Shown piece after piece: positions 60,351 to 64,000 of a stretch of 64,000 nt of DNA. Where the stretch lies: positions 4,800,001 through 4,864,000 of the forward strand of contig CAVTTN010000002.1 of assembly GCA_963737655.1 (NCBI GenBank), in the 5' to 3' direction. The translations under genes were made by a program, and so were the position numbers. Every line of letters starts with the position of its first letter. Within the stretch, counting starts at the first letter, position 1. Under the pieces are notes generated by a model. That model was not told the origin of the DNA and did not search any database. It was given only the letters and a program-made list of their open reading frames with translations. The DNA comes from an uncultured Planctomycetota bacterium. GTDB taxonomy: Bacteria > Planctomycetota > Planctomycetia > Isosphaerales > Isosphaeraceae.

Positions 60351-63300
60351 TTCGCGGCCCCCTCGGCGGCCTTCTTCGCCGATTCCCAGGAGGAGGCGTC
60401 GAGGTAGCCGAGACCTCCGCGGTCGTCCAGCTCCAGGCCGGTCCGCGCGCGGACGCGGTCGACGAGGGTCCGGGGCCCTCCCTCGATCGGCCGGGGGATG
60501 GGCGTGATCCGGATCTCGTTGGTTTCGCCGGTCAGGACGGCCCGGCCGTCGGGTTGGAAATCCAGGATCGTCACGGCTTGTGGGGTGCTGATCGGCGGTC
60601 CCAGGGGCGTGCCGGAGAAGAGGTCCCAGAGGGTGGCGTTCCGGTTGCATGCCGAGAGGACCGTCCGCCGATCGGGCCGAGGATCGCTCGGGCCACGGGA
60701 CCGGAGTGGACCAGGGGGACGCCCACCGGGGAGCCGGTGTCCAGGTCCCAGACGCGGGCCGTCCCGTCGTCGCCGGAGGAGACCAGCCATCGGCCGTCGC
60801 GAGAGAAGCTCAGGCCGCGGACCGCGCTCTCGTGACGCCCGAGGGCCGGCCCTTTCGGCTTCGCCTCGGGCACGGACCACCTCGTCAGGGCGCCGTCATT
60901 GGTCCCGATGACCACTTCGGAACCTCCGGGCCGGAACTCATAGGCGGTCACCAGGCGCCGGAGGTCCATGCCCCCCAGGCTCCGGGCGTCCCGGACCTCG
61001 AACAGGCGGCCCTGGGTCTGGTGGATCGCCACGGCGAACCGGCCGTCGTCGGTGAACTTGATCCCGTGGACGGTCAGCTTCGACGCGGTCTTCGGGGCGA
61101 TCCATCGACCCGTCTCGAAGTCGAGGAACTGGAGGTGCTGGCCGTTCCAGGTCGCCCCCCAGCCCCGGGGGCCGAGCGCCGCGTTCTTCTGATACGGGGG
61201 CCCCACCACCGGCCGACCGACCGGCCGTCCCGAGGCGTCTCGCGTTTCCAGGCGCTCGATCGCCCGGCCGTTGCGGGTCTCGCGGACCCTCACCAGCGAG
61301 GTCGTGAGGTCGGGAGAGACGGCGCTCGTGGTCTCCGCCGGGACGGTCCCCGGGGGCGGCCCCTTCGGCGCTCCGGTCGCCGGGTCGAACGCCTGGAGGC
61401 GGTGGCCGATCTTCGAGACGACGAGGACCGACGCCCCGTCGGGAGCGAACCGGGCGTCGTCGGCTCCTCCTTTGAGCGCCTGGAGGACCACCGAGCTCGA
61501 AGCCGGCCCCTGAGCGTCCCAGACCCGGCCGACGTTCTGGCCATCGACGGTCATGAGCGTCCGCCCGTCGTGAGAGAACGCGGCCAGGATGACCACCGCG
61601 CCGTGGGGCAACGGCGAGCCGAGCGGCCTGCCCGTCGTCCCGTCGAAAAGGACCGGGGCCTTCCCCCCTCCGATCAGGATTCGCCGCCCTCCCGGGCCGA
61701 TCGCCCGGATCGTCGCGGCGATCCCTTCGCCCAAAGCGACCTTCCGGCGCGAGGGCCCGAGCCGGAGACGTCCCAGAACCGGACGACGTGATCGGCCCCT
61801 CCGGTCGCCAGCACGCGGCCCTCGGGATCGAACGCGGCGGAGGTGATCTCCGAGGGTTGCTTCAGGCTGTCGCCGATCCGGGAGCCGGTCGCCGGGTCGA
61901 GCACGTCGATGGTCCGGGCCCCGGTGGATTTCTCCCCTCGGAGGAGGGCGACCGCCTTGCCGTCGGGCCTCAGGGCGATCCCGTGGACGTCGTCGGCCCG
62001 CCCGAGTTCCCCTTCGGTCTCGCGACCCTCGACGAGGTCCACCACGGCGATCCGCCCCGACGAGAACGAGGGGGAGAAAATCGCCCGTCGGCCGTCGGGG
62101 ACGAGACGGACCGCCTGCTGAGGATCGACGGTCCTCGCCCCCGCGAGGAGCTTGCCCGTCGCCAGGTCCGCGGCGGCCACGCAGTGCTGGCCCATCGCGT
62201 TGTGCCATTCGAAGCTGGCCGTCTTGCCGTCGGCCGAGACCGACGCCTCTCGGAGGACGATGACCCCTCCGCCCAGGGCCGAGCCCGGCAACGGCCCTCC
62301 GATCGGCCGGCCGGTGGTCGCATCGATCAGTCGGTAGGAGGTATCGACCAGGTTGAGGGACGGGTTCGGCCCGGTCCTGGCCAGTTGCTTCATCGCCTCG
62401 ACGTTGGTCCGGATCTGCTGGACGACCGCGGCCCGGCCGTCGGTCGTGAGGAACTGCGCCGCCTCTCCAGGCGGCATCGGAACCGGCGGCCGGAGCGGAT
62501 CTCCCGAGGCCGTCCAGGAGCGGACTTCCGCCCCGTTGGTCGAGCGGAGCCCCTCGCCTTCCGGGGAGATCCAGAGCGAGTTACCCCCTCGCGAGGCCAG
62601 GGACATGACCCGTTCCAGGGGGACCGTGCGGCCCTCCCACGCCCCCAGGCTCGTCCGGAAGGCCCGGTCCAGGTCCCCCGCGCCGGAGGGCACCTCGCCC
62701 ACGCTCCGGGCCATCCACAACAGCCCGCGATCGACTTCCCCCGCCTCGCAGAGCGCAGGCCGCGGTCGTAGGTCGAGGTGGCCAGGAGCCGCTCGGCCCG
62801 ATGCTTCTCCGCCTCCGCCTGCTTCGTCCGGCCGTCGGCGATCGTCTTCTGCTGCTCGGCGATGCCTTTCTGGGTCCGGGCGTCGTTCAGGGCCTGGCGA
62901 AGCTCCTTCGCACGGTTCGAGAGCATCCGGGCCGAGACCGCCGAGACGATGGCCACCAGGAGCAACGAGGCCGCGATCGCACCGATCGCCGCGGCCAGCC
63001 TCGGGTTCCTCGCGCACCACCGCCACGACCGCTCCGCCCGGCCCACCGGCCGGGCCGCGATCGGCTCGCCCGAGAGGAACCGATGCAGGTCGTCGGCCAT
63101 CGCCCGGGCCGATTCGTACCTCCGCGACGGGTCTTTTTCGAGGCACTTCAGCACGATCGTCTCGAGGTCGCGAGGCAGCTTCGGGACCAGGCGGGAGGGC
63201 GGGACCGGCTCCTCCGTGGCCACGAGCATGACCGTGTCGAGCGGGGTCGCCGCCTTGAACGGCGGGCGGCCGGTCAGGAGGTCGTAAAGGATCGCGCCCA

Positions 63301-63979
63301 GGGCATATGTATCGGCGGCCGGGCCGATCTGCCCGGTCTTGCCGCCGGCCTGCTCGGGGGCCATGAAGGAGGGCGTCCCCATGATCGCGCCGGAGGCCGT
63401 CCGGCCGAGGTCGGCGTCGAGCCTCTTGGCCAGGCCGAAGTCGGTGATCTTCGGCTGGTCGTCTTTGGTCATCAGGACGTTGGCCGGCTTCAGGTCGCGG
63501 TGGACGATCCCCGCCTTGTGGGCCTCGTGGACGGCCCCGGCGATCGTCTCCACCAGGGCCGCCGCCTTGCGAGGGGGCCAGGGCGTGCCGTCCAGGCGGT
63601 CGGCGAGGCTCCCGCCTTCGACGAATTCCAGGGAAAAGAACGGCAATCCGTCCTTCTCGCCGATGTCGTGGACCTGGACGATCCCCGGGTGCTGCAACCG
63701 CGCGATCGCCTCGGCCTCGCCCCGGAAGCGGTCGAGGTCGTCGGCCCCGGCGTGGGCCCCGGAGAGGATCATCTTGAGGGCGACCGTCCGACCCAATCCC
63801 ACCTGCCGGGCCTTGTAGACCACGCCCATCCCGCCCCGGCCGAGCTCGCCGAGGATCTCATACCCGGAGACGACCGCCGACCCGGCACCCCGGGCGCCAT
63901 GAGGCGTCGGCGACGGATCGTCATCCTTCGCCGTATCGTCCACACCGCCCCGAGGCGGGAGGGTCGGCGCGTCCTCCAT
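60347..63979 (-). CDS. Ser/Thr kinase with WD40 beta-propeller tail; three frameshifts (~62757, ~61760, ~60670)
   Basis: LGRGGMGVVY, HRDLKPAN, DFG, GTPSFMAPEQ; WD40 repeats (ATGGADHVVRFWD, SSGDDGTARVWD) spread across successive frames. Confidence 0.85.
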
Positions 63980-64000
63980 GTTCGGAGGAGGGATCGTGGC

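Noticed and set aside
733..63979. Frameshifts in kynU, the FHA gene, the vWA gene, the TPR gene, yfhO, grpE, cobJ and the WD40 kinase as programmed frameshifting or mass pseudogenisation
   Set aside because: They are scattered small indels in G/C-rich or homopolymer context in otherwise intact genes, with no shared slippery motif. Sequencing or assembly error is the simpler explanation; reads are needed to confirm.

Overview
High-GC bacterial chromosome segment, most likely a Planctomycete (inferred from several Ser/Thr kinases with TPR or WD40 tails, prenyltransferase-repeat proteins and a small BON protein). It holds about 50 genes. Housekeeping and metabolic genes include kynU/kynB, bcp, an Aas-like ligase, glmM, ftsH, trxB and a cobalamin cluster (cbiL, cbiH-cbiC, cbiD, cbiET). 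There is also an Hsp70-vWA/FHA/vWA operon, a HigBA-like toxin-antitoxin pair with a broken toxin, and many palindromic repeats of several families. Nine genes carry small frameshifts, which suggests long-read consensus errors. The main result is at 47.0-50.8 kb: an integron cassette array with no integrase in the window (a putative attI plus three 100-bp attC sites). An IS110 element sits exactly inside the GTTAG^GC recombination core of the first cassette. Its 5' non-coding end contains four readable bridge-RNA-like guide segments, matching both the integron core and the element's own circle junction. All functional calls come from motif recognition by eye; no database search was run.
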